Source: Lingula anatina
Lineage: Eukaryota > Animalia > Brachiopoda
NCBI GenBank assembly: GCA_051362555.1
Contig: CM120648.1
Coordinates: 7,994,587 to 8,058,586, forward strand
DNA: 64,000 nucleotides
Direction: 5' to 3'
Shown here: piece after piece, positions 1 to 12,347 of the stretch
Position numbering within the stretch: position 1 is the stretch's first letter
Layout of the letters: each line of letters starts with the position of its first letter
The notes under the pieces: model-generated
Databases searched by the model: none
What the model was told of the DNA's origin: nothing
The model's input: the letters and a program-made list of their open reading frames with translations, nothing else
Position numbers and translations under genes: made by a program

Positions 1-796
1 CTGGACAACGCATTAGAAAACAGCATTTTCATTAAATTGTTAAAGCAATGACGACATTAGACAATTTTTGTTTAAAGAGAAGAAACGCGATCAAAATACT
101 GGACTGGCTACGCAACAAGATTCGATGAAAATATTCTGTGAAATGGCTGAATGCAACACCGTATCGTTTATGTACTTCCAATATTTCAATTCTATCTTTT
201 ATATCTACCTTTTATATTGTGAACAAGAGGAAGCAGAGAAGTGATGAATAAATATGGGCTTTATGGTTAAACAATATCTTCAGACTTTTTGTATTTTTAA
301 TCCTCTCCTACCAAGAAGACAAAATCGGTTAATTTTTCAATTCTGGTTGATATGTATGCAGCATTATTCAGCGTGAGAGCTATTTTTTATGTTACCATAT
401 AAGTACATGTGTATCCAATCAACGTAATTAAAAATTATAAACAATCTGTATATTTTAAGAGAAAAACGAGATTATTACAAAATCAACACTTTAAAAAATC
501 GACTTACTTTGAAAGTCAGAAGTGATTCAATAAACACTGGAAAGCATGGGAATATGGTCCTTTACCCCAGAAAATTCCGTTTAATGTCTCTTTTCCGCCG
601 AAACAAAGAATTGTCATCCCTTTAATATGACGCTCTGCATCAAATAAACATGCAGTCTCAGTGCTGCCATCTAGTGATACGGGTATCTTCCAGCAGCATT
701 AAATAGCGCCGTTCACGAAAGGACAACGTTATTTGCGTTTGGGGACAAGAGGTCTTAAAGGACTCTAGAACACCAGGACGAAAAGCAAATACAGTA

Positions 797-3623
797 ATGA
801 AGCCTATAATTGCGGTAAGTGATCACGCGGTTACAAGAATATACAGTGGACAATAGGCCTAACTTTAGTCCAAGAATACCATACATCCAGAGACGAAGAA
901 AAAAATTAGGTAGAAGCTTATGTATTGGCTGTAGAGGGATTTTAAAAATATGAAAAAGATGTATTTGCAATTGAAAACTCTATATGTGGAACTGTTTATA
1001 AACAGATATTTTTGCCGCATCCATTTGTTAATAACCAAGGGGGATATGAATTTTTCCTCGCTGTCCGGACTTGTGTTTTCCACGTATTTGAACGCTGGTT
1101 ATTATTGTCACAAAGAGAAGCTGGTTCAGGTTTTGTTTATTGGGTATCCATGTTCTTATATTCAGCTAGTTCAGTGGTACCTGTATATTTCAAATTTTGA
1201 CACATACTTGTGGTATGAGCAGAGGTTGCCCTAAGCAAAATGGAAAGGTTGGTATTCCGGTTTGCGTTGATATCAAATACCTTAAGTGCAATGAGAACTA
1301 GAAGACGGTGGTCCGTTAGAGGACGATGTGACCACATTGGGATGTTGTCACCAGGCCCAAAAACTTATGCAGTGTGTGTGTGTTTGTATGTCTGTGTACA
1401 TGTGTGTGTGTGTGTGTGTGTTTGTGTGCATGTGTGTACATACGTGTGTGTGTTTGGACGGAGGTTCGGAAACTGTCCAAAAAAAGCTGAGCAACCACTA
1501 CCATTTTAACTATCCGGTCAAATTTTAATAAGTCGACATTGTCAAATTTAAAATAAATGTGTTTTTAAGATTTTTCTATTTTTAAAATACCACAAACAAG
1601 GTGAATCTTGAAAAATAGGTCTTCGCGTGTCTGCCCTTATAAGGTCACATCAGTCAACGCATCAGTACTGTAACATTGTATGTAAGCTGACGGTTTTGGT
1701 TGCTGCAATACCCGCATCGCGTTATCATAGATTATGTAACATAGTACATAATGTGTTTTTTTGAAATAGTGTGTTTTTTGACATTTTTAAACATTTACCC
1801 TTTTTACACCTAATTTCATTAAAGTGAGTGATCGTATTTGAAAGCAGCACCGGTTTGACACGTAGTCAATAGTGAAGGAGTGCCCAACGTTATCCGAAAT
1901 CGCTAGATTTATATTGTATTCACACTGTGACAGTACTAATTACTCTCTGTTGACATAATGTGCACTTTTATGATTTTTCCATTGTAAAGACAGCCCCGTC
2001 GGTACCAAGACAGCGTGGATTACACTGCATTCTTTGTCATTCAGTATTGACCTCGCTTAGTCACAATGTGAGGTTTTTGGACTCTTCAAACGACCCCATT
2101 CCCATAAACACCATCGGGGTCTAAGTGGATCGATCCAACTCCGGCAATACGCTTAAATGAATGGCACGCTTCCTCTTGTTTCATCTTATCACCAGCTTAT
2201 TGTTTTTTACATGTAGGTCTACATGTATATACTTAGAGCGTGTCATTCAGTTAAGCTGACTGCAGTCAGCAAGAGTCCCTGCAGAGTTGGGTCGATTCAC
2301 GTAGACCGATGGTGTCTGTTTGAATGTAGCTTTGCTGCTGTGCATGATGATCGATAGCTATTACCTTAGATCTGAGATATCTTGGATCCTAGTTTTTAGT
2401 TAAAGCTACACCAAATTGCTTAATTGGATTAGTAGTGGCGACTAGCTGTAAACAGGGTCGGAAACTTTTTTTTAAAGAAATTATGTTTAACGAGCATTGC
2501 AGCTGCATTTTAGTGTTGGTCATTTTTTTATTTCTTTTTCAATTTAATATTAAGGAGAAGAAAAAAAAAGTCCATTATTTCAGAGCATAGAAATTTAGTA
2601 ATTTAGAGCACAAAAACATTTTTCTGTGGTAAACTTTATTTTCTCACACTTACCAAAGCAGCAGCAAATGCATTTTTCCGTTTGATAAAAGAAAACAGCC
2701 AATGCAAATTCCTGATTTTCTCAAAGTCAACGTCGATGGCACTCGTAAACCAATTTTCATATTTGTCTTGTCCCACTTCCTCTGCACTGTGAAATTTTAG
2801 ATTTAACGCTTTTTTGTCCTGTCTACCGCAGATTACAGTAGATCTTACCACTTGTAGAGCTTTTATATATCATGTCATCAAAATGAAAAGTTAACAAGTG
2901 AATAATATCCTCCATAGAAATTTGACAGACAAATTGTGCAGAATACTAGTGTGAACCGGTGGTAGCCTTGGCAACACGCTTACACACCGGAATTGAGAGC
3001 ATAGTTAATGGATTTTGTTTACATTATTTATCCCTTAAGTCATTTGTCATGATTTTTTTTAATTAACTTATTTTTTGCAGGTAATGTTGTTGGTCCTTCT
3101 TTTTGCAACCTGTGAGGAAGCGCTTGGAGCAAGTGAGCATTACAAAGATTAAAACCAATTTGTTTGACAAAAGTTAGAAACGTTCAGGCTTTAAAGTTAA
3201 CAGCGAAAATGTCATAATGCTGTGATGCTTAAGCAGTATTCACACCTGAGTTGATTTAAAACGGATGGGCTATTTAACGTTACATTATCTGTATATTTTT
3301 AATACTGTCCTTCTTTCACTCACTTGTGCCCTACATTGCCTGCTTTCCATCTATTTATTTATTTATCTAGTAATTTATTTGATGTAGTTGGATGTAAAGT
3401 CCATGATCTGTGCCTTAACTTTGAAGGTATTTGAATTCATATGCGCTTAATTGAATGCACTGCATTATCCCATTAAAATCTATTTGTATACTTTATAGAG
3501 TGCTGTCCCGAAGTAAGCGGATTTGGTACCTGTGTTGAGGACTGCGATGATTGCGCTAAGAATGGAATGATGTGCTGCTCAAATGGATGTGGTCACGTGT
3601 GCATGAAACCCGTCAATTGTTAA
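797..3623 (+). CDS. Secreted WAP (four-disulfide core)-like peptide, gene 1; exons 797-814, 3081-3132, 3499-3623
   Basis: GT-AG splicing gives MKPIIAVMLLVLLFATCEEALGA-KCCPEVSGFGTCVEDCDDCAKNGMMCCSNGCGHVCMKPVNC*: hydrophobic signal peptide and WAP-type CP..C..C..C..CC.GCG..C pattern; exon phases 0 and 1 are consistent. Confidence 0.85.
2092..2331. mobile_element. Degenerate MITE with long imperfect terminal inverted repeats in intron 1 of WAP gene 1
   Basis: gaccccattcccataaacaccatcgg...atcgatccaactc is mirrored by gagttgggtcgattcacgtagaccgatggtgt; the terminus resembles the MITE at 49775; a truncated copy lies at about 12245-12347. Confidence 0.55.
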
Positions 3624-5472
3624 GGCATGGGGAGATGACATGAGTGAAGCCGCTGACACAAAGAAAAATAATAATAACTGCATCAACTATGTCCACCATG
3701 ACGTCACTTTCGAAAAGAGAATTATTATTTGAACTGGAAAATGTCTTTTGAAATAACAATTTCGTTAAATTGATAAAACAGGGACCACACTGGACAATTT
3801 TATTAAAAGAGGAAAATCACGATCAAATAACTGGAAGCTTCTAACTGGCTACCCGACAAGATTCCATTATAAGATTATGTAAAATGGCTGAATGCAACAT
3901 CGCTTTCATCTAATATATATTATGCGCTTAATACTGGTACTTCCAATATTTCAGATTTTCCTTTCTACCTTTGAGATTGTGCACAAGAGGTAGCAGAGAA
4001 AAAAATAAAATAAATATGGGCTATTTGGTTCAAAAATATTATCTTCAGGCATTTGGTATTTTTAATCATCTTCTACCAATAAGACAAAATTGACTAAATT
4101 TATTAAGAGAGATTATTCGGCGTAGATCCTAGACACTTAATCCGTAATTGCGTTTTAGTACTGTTATTCAGCACCACAGAAATATTAAACAAAGTAGCAA
4201 ATGGACATCCTTGAAAAAGTCAGAACTGAAAATAATACAAAATGATACAATCAAATTCTTCACTGCTCAGCCTACACTGCCACAGATTAAAATATGAAGG
4301 CTAAATATCAGTGATATTTTCAAAACAGGTCTTGAACATACTAGCAAATCAAACATGAGAAAAATCAGATTAAATCAAGTGCGCAAAATATTTAAAAAAG
4401 ACTGGTCTTAAACAGATCCAGGTAATAAATATGAGAAACAATAAGTGTCTAGAAAAAATACAAGAGAGCTTCAAGAAAAACAGCCACTTAACTTGGATTT
4501 TAGAGTTATGTCTGTATTTTATTTTCATTTATATGCCCATAAAAAGGCTGTAGATTCAAAGCCTTCATGTGATAGAAGCTATATATTTAATAAGAGAGGT
4601 TTATTGCGGTTTTGAAGTATGAGATGAAAATCCCAAGTTCGGTGCCATTTTTACCCACCTAATAGAAATGTTGCAAAGTCTAAATGGGGCGGGCACACCT
4701 TCTATCGGGGTAACTGCATAACTACTAAACGTTTGAACAATGATGGTCTAAAAAGGAAAAGTATCGAAATACATCATGCAAGGTGATTAAATAGGCCCAG
4801 TCCCGTTATTCCGGTTGTTCCCTTGTCTCTGTTTATATAAAACAAAGAACGATTGCGTGTCCAATGTTGTAGAATTTACTTGATTTACTCGCATAAATCA
4901 TTCGCGGGTTTAATGCCCTTTTTATTTTCTCTGGAGTTAAGGAGTCTCTTGGCACGAGGGGGAAATAGAGGATACTCTTTGAAGATATAAAGTGATGGAC
5001 GAGGCGGAGAAAACGCAAATCACAAAAATGCAATCCGTTTACTGACGGAAATTATTTGTTTTACATATCATCAAAAATGATTCATCGTTTAAGGGTGGTT
5101 ATTTTTGCGAGGCTTCTGGAGAATACTACATGTATTAGGTTCTTATGCATGTAGTTGTGAAGACAAAACATAAATGTGAAAACCCAACGTTATATCGATC
5201 AAATCACAAAAGCCTCAATTTACTAATTTCACTGACCCCGTAATTTGTCAATGTACATTTACGTGTAAACACATTGTGATTTTCTAAATAATTTCGTGTT
5301 TGACATTCATGATCATTTATCAGTTTTTTAGAGGAAGTAAGAAAATAAATATAACAATATTTCAATGGCGATTTCGTATTAATAAGAAAACAGTGCGCCA
5401 AGTGGACATGAGTCAAAGCAGCGAATGGCAAAAGCTTCTTGTAGCAGATAGCATAACAGGGGAAATCTGGAC

Positions 5473-7257
5473 ATGAAGAAACTAATAACTGCGGTAAGTT
5501 ACGAAACACGTTATGAAAAATAATGAATTGAAACAGTTCTGCCAATTTTAATCACTGAGAACCTATAAAATGATTCTCAGGTTTTCAAAATGTCTCGTTC
5601 CTGTTTTTGAGAATGATCTGGGCCTTTTGGACATTTTATTACATTGTATGGGGAAAATGTTATCCGAGTTTGTGCTATTTAATCTTTTTGAATTCACTTA
5701 CGAGGTTACCAATTATAATAATTATAGGTTAAAATTACATGCATGTTTATATTCGCGGATACAGATTTTAAAGCTAAACCGTAGTTATAACAGTACATGT
5801 AGGTTGCGTTCAAATAAATCACATCATGTTAGAGTATCCCATCTTTTTAATTAAACTTAAGGCTCATATATGTTTGTATTATTATTCATTATTATTAAAT
5901 AACTGTTTGCAGGTTTTGTTCTTGGTGATGTTGTGTGAATTCTACCAAGAAGTCTCTGGACAGTTTGGGCGTAAGTGAGCGGCGCGTGAGTGAATATCAG
6001 CAATGTATGACGTTTTAGTCCCTTTATTATATATAATGAATCGTTATGAATACTGGAAAATGCATTCAGATAGCGCAGACCAGCGGCAAGGGCCCTTCAC
6101 TGATAGATTGTGGTAGTTGAGAGAACATCCATTGCACAAATCAAGGTCATTTGCCCTTTCTGTCACTGGCGAAGAATCCTTTTAGTAGGCCCTCTATTTG
6201 AAAAAATCTTGGACCAAGATGGTAATCCGGATCACGGATCACCACTACATTGTAACCACTTTAATGTTGGCTGATTTCTGACCTATCAACAAAATTTCAT
6301 CAAAATCTTCTCACAACTGTTATCTCAGGAATCTTTACAGAAAGACAAAAGAATGGAGATGAAACTTGGAGGCTGACGCGCCGTGCTTGTGTTGAGTGAA
6401 TACCAGTAGTACCCACCCCCCATTATCAAGGAGTTTCGACAAATATTCATTCTGTTGAAACTCCTTGCAATTATATACAATGAATCGTTATGATTACCCT
6501 CCCCCTCCCCCCCCCCCCCCCCCCCCCCTGCACTGGTACATTGTGGTAGTTGACATCATAGGACATCATTGTGGAAGTTCAAGGCTATTGGCCTATCAAT
6601 ATTTCGAAAAAAGTTGTTGGATCAAAATCCGGAACACGGATCACCGCTACAATCTAACCGCTTTTAGGTTGGCTCGTTATTGCTCCTCAAATTTCATCAA
6701 AACCTACCCATATCTACATGAGACCATTTGAGTTACCTCTGAAATCTTTGCAAAAAAGACAGAAGAATGGAGATGAAAACGTAGCTCTCTTAACCTTCTT
6801 GCTGGAGGTAAAAGTTAGTGTCGTGCTTGTGTTGAGATACCTTGACTCCATCCGGAAAAAATCGAAACATTTAACAATTTGAGATATATCTGAAGCCGTT
6901 TTGCAGCACATTTTCTGTTTTTTTATTCATTTTAGGGTAGTGGTAAATTTCCTCAAATATTTAATTGTAGTATTAAAAGAATCGCATTGTTACTTAGGCT
7001 ACCCTGTGTACTGGCAACTTCATATATACCGTGTATAAAAAAACATGGTTCATCCGGGAATGTTACAGAGAAGTTACCTCCATTTCTACATATTCGCTTA
7101 TAATATTATGACTTCAGTGTGCTGCCCACCGACCCCTACCTTTGGCATCTGCAGCGTTCTCTGTAATCCGGCGACTTATTGCGGCTACGGACGGTTATGC
7201 TGCTCCACTGGCTGTGGATACACATGTAAGAAGGCTGTCCCTTGCTTCCCAGGGTGA
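5473..7257 (+). CDS. Secreted WAP-like peptide, gene 2; exons 5473-5493, 5913-5970, 7118-7257
   Basis: Spliced product MKKLITAVLFLVMLCEFYQEVSG-QFGLCCPPTPTFGICSVLCNPATYCGYGRLCCSTGCGYTCKKAVPCFPG*; same exon layout and phases as gene 1; AATAAA near 7531. Confidence 0.85.
6040..6812 (+). mobile_element. Two tandem degenerate copies of a Helentron-type non-autonomous repeat (a single copy also at about 12690-13005)
   Basis: Repeated atccgga-cacggatcacc-ctaca...aaatttcatcaaaa...agaatggagatgaaac blocks ending in a short palindrome (taaccttcttgctggaggta at 6791; aacctccttggaggaggt at 12984); family assignment is from pattern recognition. Confidence 0.45.
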
Positions 7258-8051
7258 TACACTGCACCGGAACTGACGCCACAATTGAATGCGTCAATGG
7301 GAAGTGACGACATGTTTGTTAATGTGGAAAGGAAATGGTGTTCATTTTGTACGATCAAATGGAAGGAATTCAATACCATCACATATAAATAGAAATTTGT
7401 TATAAAATTGCATCGTGCATTGAAAGATGACGGTACAATTTGAACTCAGTTATGTCAAATTATCTTTTCAAATGTATTCTGTCTTCAAATTTAAAACAGA
7501 AATGGAGATATTTTATATGAAATTAGGTGAAATAAAATTGAGCAGATAAAAAAATTTGAAAGTGTGCAATTTATCTGGCTTTATTGTAATGCCTCGTTCG
7601 TTGTATTTTTGCGTCCGAACAACAATAACTAAAACTATTATATATAACTTTGTAATTAATTGCAAAAAATTCAATTATATTGGCCTGCTGTGTTTTTTAA
7701 ATTAATTAATTAATTAATTTTAAGGGATTATTTCTTTCATTTGTTTTATTTGCAAATAACTAATTACTCTACGACGAACTTTATTGACTTTCATTAGGAA
7801 AATGTTAACTTTTCATGTTTTTGTCTATAATTTTGTTAAAATACCGAACGTTTTGAAAGTTTAATTTTAGAAGAACGCAAGCGTCTAGATATGGTCACAT
7901 CAACGTGCGGCACAATCATCGGTCTGGAACTCCCCTCTCTAGGTACCATCTATACTAACAGATGAGAAACAAAAACAGAGAAAATCATGTCTGACTATAC
8001 CCACCTCGCATGGGCTTTTTATATTTTTACCGAGCAACTGCAGACTTTTAA

Positions 8052-8388
8052 AGGGATAATAACTCTTCGTTTTGGCCAAAAAATGAATTTTCCTGGAGTA
8101 AACAGCAATTTTCCCATACTTACCAATGGTTAATGAATCCATTTTTACATTCAAAGTTAGTCCCTGGTTTTTTTCTAAAATGTTTGGTTTTTTGTTAAAA
8201 TCTCTTAAGAGATTTTAACAGAGTATGGCCATCAATGGAGGTCACGTGGTCTAAAGACAAGCTCAGATATCAGAATTATAGCTATAACTGCCGTTTTTGT
8301 GGTAAAACAGAATATATTATATTTCTATGAGTTATTCAAAATGTTTTTATTGTGAAATATAGATCTCATACAAAGAGTTATTATCCCT
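8052..8388. mobile_element. MITE with TTAA target duplication (Kolobok-like termini), copy 1
   Basis: ttaa|agggataataactctt ... aagagttattatccct|ttaa; near-identical second copy at 19468-19804. Confidence 0.8.
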
Positions 8389-8639
8389 TTAACTTTTAAG
8401 GGATCTAAAAGGTTTTTAAAGAGTTTTTACCCATGTGCTGTATCTTATTTTAACAACAAAAATGGAAATTTATAATTCATAACCCGAATAGCAGTCCAAT
8501 TTCCATTTTATATGAATTTTATATGTATATATAATAATGGCTGAATAAACTGTTATCTTATCTTATCTCTTATCTTATTTCTTTTATTTTTGATGTGATC
8601 TTATCTAAATGTACCTTTTTCATTTAATACAAGTAACTC

Positions 8640-10156
8640 AATATTTCAATTCTACTTATTATATCTACCTTTTAGATTGTGAACAAGAGGAAGCAGAGAA
8701 ATGTTAAATAAATATGGGCTATAAATATGGTTAAAAATATTTTCAGACATTTTGTATTTTCTAATCCTTTCTTTCCAATTCCTTCAATTCTGGTTGATAT
8801 CGAAGGTCAGCATTGTTCAGCGTAAGAGCTAATTTCCTATGTGACCATATAATTACATGTGTATTTAATCAACGTAAGTAAAATTGTAACTAATCTGTAA
8901 ATTGTAAGAGAAAAACAAGTGATTACTACAAAATCAACACTTTAAAAAATGGACTAACTTTGAACGTCCGAACGGATTCAATAAACATTGGAAAGAATGG
9001 GAAAATGGTCGTTTACCCCAGGAAAATCCGTTTCATGTCTCTTTTCAGCCGAAACAACAAATTGTTATCGCTTTCATATAACATTCTGCATTAAATAACG
9101 TGCAGCCTCGGTGCTGCCATCTAGTGATACGGGCATCTTCCAACAGCATTAAAAAGTGCCGTTAACGAAAGGACAACGTTATTTGCGTTTTGGAGCAAGA
9201 GACCTTAAACGACTCTAGAACACCAGGACGAAAAGCAAATACAGTAATGAAGCCCCTCATTGCGGTAAGTGATCACGCAGTTTCAAGAATATAGATAGTA
9301 GGCCTAACTTTAGTCCGAGAGTAGTACATTACTTCTTCATAGGATAAGCATTACAACTTCATGATAGAAGGCGACTTCGTTGGTTAAAAAATAAGGACCC
9401 TCAGACGTGTAAGGTCGGAAAGTCTGGAATCTGAATGAAATGAAACGGTCAGCTGCCCAGACAGATGTCGGGGAGAAAGAAGTGCTGGGGATTGATAAAC
9501 CTGTCATTATGAATGTGAATGCGACCTTGAAAAAGAGATGGGCAGCACACAGCGCTGAAACAGATACAGCCTAGTGCTTGAATGTAGGTTAAGGAATCCA
9601 ATTAAAAACCGATTGTTGTGTTCAAGAACGAGATGACAGGAATTGTACGTGATATGCATAAAATATAAATCACCCACCCCGAGGGCAGGCGCCAGGTTCA
9701 GCCTATGGTGTCGAGGCAATCCCGTTCCCATTCCAATTCTATCTCGATATTATTTCAAATCGTTTCAGTTACTTTTAAAAAAGAAGTTGGTTGCTAAATG
9801 CGCTACAGTGGCAAATTGCGTTATCACGTACAGTTTTTCTTTGGATGCAAAATGCGGCTTTGTAGCTATCTTGTGGAATGACTCTCCAGACTGTACTTGT
9901 GGTTAGTTAATTTACACTCCCATCTTTCACATTAAAAGTTTTAATAAAACCATGTAACAGCTAGGGTATCAATTAAAAGTGCTCGCTTGAGGTGGAAGCA
10001 TGAAAGGAATAAGGAATCATGAGCAATATACTTGAGACACAAGGATACTTTGCAGCTTAACTTTTTCAATTTATCAGTTTATTCTGTACAAATATCATCC
10101 TACAAGCCTGTTGATCTCGCAGATCAACCACGTAAATTACTCTGCTAAATAACAAA

Positions 10157-10190
<34 letters not shown>

Positions 10191-11524
10191 CGCCTTATTA
10201 GCAGGTTTCCAAATGCAGGGTATAATCTTTTTGGGAAAAAAGAGAGCCAGCCAGAACAGAGCCCCTCGGACACCAAGAGACAGACGTAAATGATTACACT
10301 CTGGCGTGCCTTGCCTTATGCAAAAATTAGTCTTTCCAGACGCGACTTGATCAAGACGATTGTAGTACACAATTATATACCTTCACTGCTTCTTTTTCAA
10401 CACCATCATTTCTTTCTTTATTTTTTATTCTTTATTCTTTATTTTTTATTCTTTATTTTCTATTTATTCGTATTTGAGAGAACAGTTTCATTAGCTCTGT
10501 ATGTATCAATTCATATTATTGTTTTTCTTTTTATCAAGAGTTTGTAAAATATGTGGGTATTACCTCCAATATTTCTGTGACTGTCAGTCACCATCATCAG
10601 GGAGTAAATGACCAGGAGACTAGAATGACTAGAAACATTGGAGGTAATACCCACATATTTTACAAGCTCTTGGTAAAAAAAAAATTGAATTATTCGTATT
10701 TGTTTATGTATCCATCTTATAATCCAAAAACCTAGGCGTAATTAATGTTTTCATAGCCTGGTTTACGTGACCTAGTAGTTTAACATATCAAGCGGATCCG
10801 GGAAGGAGGGGTTCAGGGGGTCTGGATCCCCCTTTTATCGACGCTGACCATGACCTCCTGTAAATGTTCCGGTTTTTCAGAAATCCTGGATCCTCACCTG
10901 CATAGGACTGAGTATTTTAAAATTGCTCAAAACATACATCCAATAGCACTAAAGTTGCTTCAGAAATCATATTCAGTCATACAAGTTTGTTTATATCACT
11001 AAAACGTACAGTTTACCTATTTTGGGTAATATTTTCAGTACAAAGAGATTCACTCTCCTCACCATTATCCCATGAAGGCACAGGCAATATCTTATGAATA
11101 GATGATGTCGCATTTTATCCTATGAAGTCGATTTGACAGTAAAATCAGGGTATTTATCCCATGAAGTGGTAATATACCATGAAGTATCTTAACATACCAT
11201 ACATCCAAGGAAAAAGTTACATATACAATTGAAAGCTGTATATCATTATTGTCACAAAGAGAACCCGGTCCAGTTTTGTGTATTGGAAATCCATGTTCTA
11301 ATATTCAGCTAGTTCAGTGGTACCTGTATATTTCAAATTTTAACACATGATTGTGGTATGAGAGGAGGTTGACCTAAGCAGAATGTTAAGGTTGGAATCC
11401 CACTTTTCGTTGAAATCAAATACCTTATTCTTATAAGCAATAAGAACTAGAAGACGGTGCTCCGTTAGAGGACGGGGTGATCACTTTGGGATGTTTTCAC
11501 CAGTCCCAAAAACTTACGTGTGTG

Positions 11525-11562
<38 letters not shown>

Positions 11563-12347
11563 TGGACAGAGGTTAGGAAATTGTCCAACTGGGATTCTTG
11601 CCAAAACAAGCTTAGCAGACACTACCATTTCAACTTTTTTCAACTGTCCGATTAAATTTTGATACGTCGACATTTTCGAGTTTGAAATTAATATGTTTTT
11701 AAAAGACTTTTCTTTTTGGGGAAAAATATCACAAACAGGGTGAATCATGACAAAATGGGTCAGTGTTTCGCGTGCCTGCCTCTATAAGGTCACATCAGTG
11801 AACGATTTGAAAACGTGTAATCTGACATCCTGTTTTGGTCGCTACATAACCCGCATAGCGCCCTGATATTATATGTAACATTGTACATAATGTGTTTTAG
11901 ACATGGTGTATGTTTTTTACAAACATTCAAACATTCTCCCTTTTTTCACCTAATTTCATGGAAGCGAGTGATCGTTTTTGTCACGGCGTAGTCCACAGTG
12001 ATGGAGTGCCAAACGTTTCCCTAGGTCGCGAGATTTATATTGCATTCACGCTGTGGCAGTGCTAATAACTTCCCGTTGACATAATGTGCATTTTTATGGG
12101 TTTTTTACATTGTAAAGACAAGCCCCTCGGTACCAAATACAGCGTGATTAACACTGCATTCTTTGTCATTCAGTATTGACCTCGCTTAGTCACCAAGTGA
12201 GGTTTTTGGACTCTTTGAACTCATTGAACTCTTTCGAACTCATCGACCCCATGCACATAAGCACCATCGGTCTAAGTGAATTGACCCAACTGTGTGGGGA
12301 ATCTCGTAAAGTGCCATCAGCTTAACTGAATGACACGCCTCTTCTTG
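8640..12347 (+). repeat. Segmental duplicate of the gene-1 upstream region, exon 1 and intron 1 (about 176-2178), interrupted by about 1.9 kb of extra sequence (about 9325-11190)
   Basis: Collinear similarity, e.g. gtgctgccatctagtgatacggg at 661 and 9111; ttcagctagttcagtggtacctgtatatttcaaatttt at 1161 and 11304; cattcagtattgacctcgcttagtcac at about 2038 and 12167. Confidence 0.85.

Noticed and set aside
1240-1528. Cys/Val- or His/Thr-rich short ORFs (also 11477-11748, 36364-36675, 46819-47106, 56697-57023)
   Set aside because: Translations of dinucleotide microsatellites
4129-4452. 11-bp inverted repeat ctagacactta/taagtgtctag as transposon ends
   Set aside because: Short, single copy in the window, no clear target-site duplication
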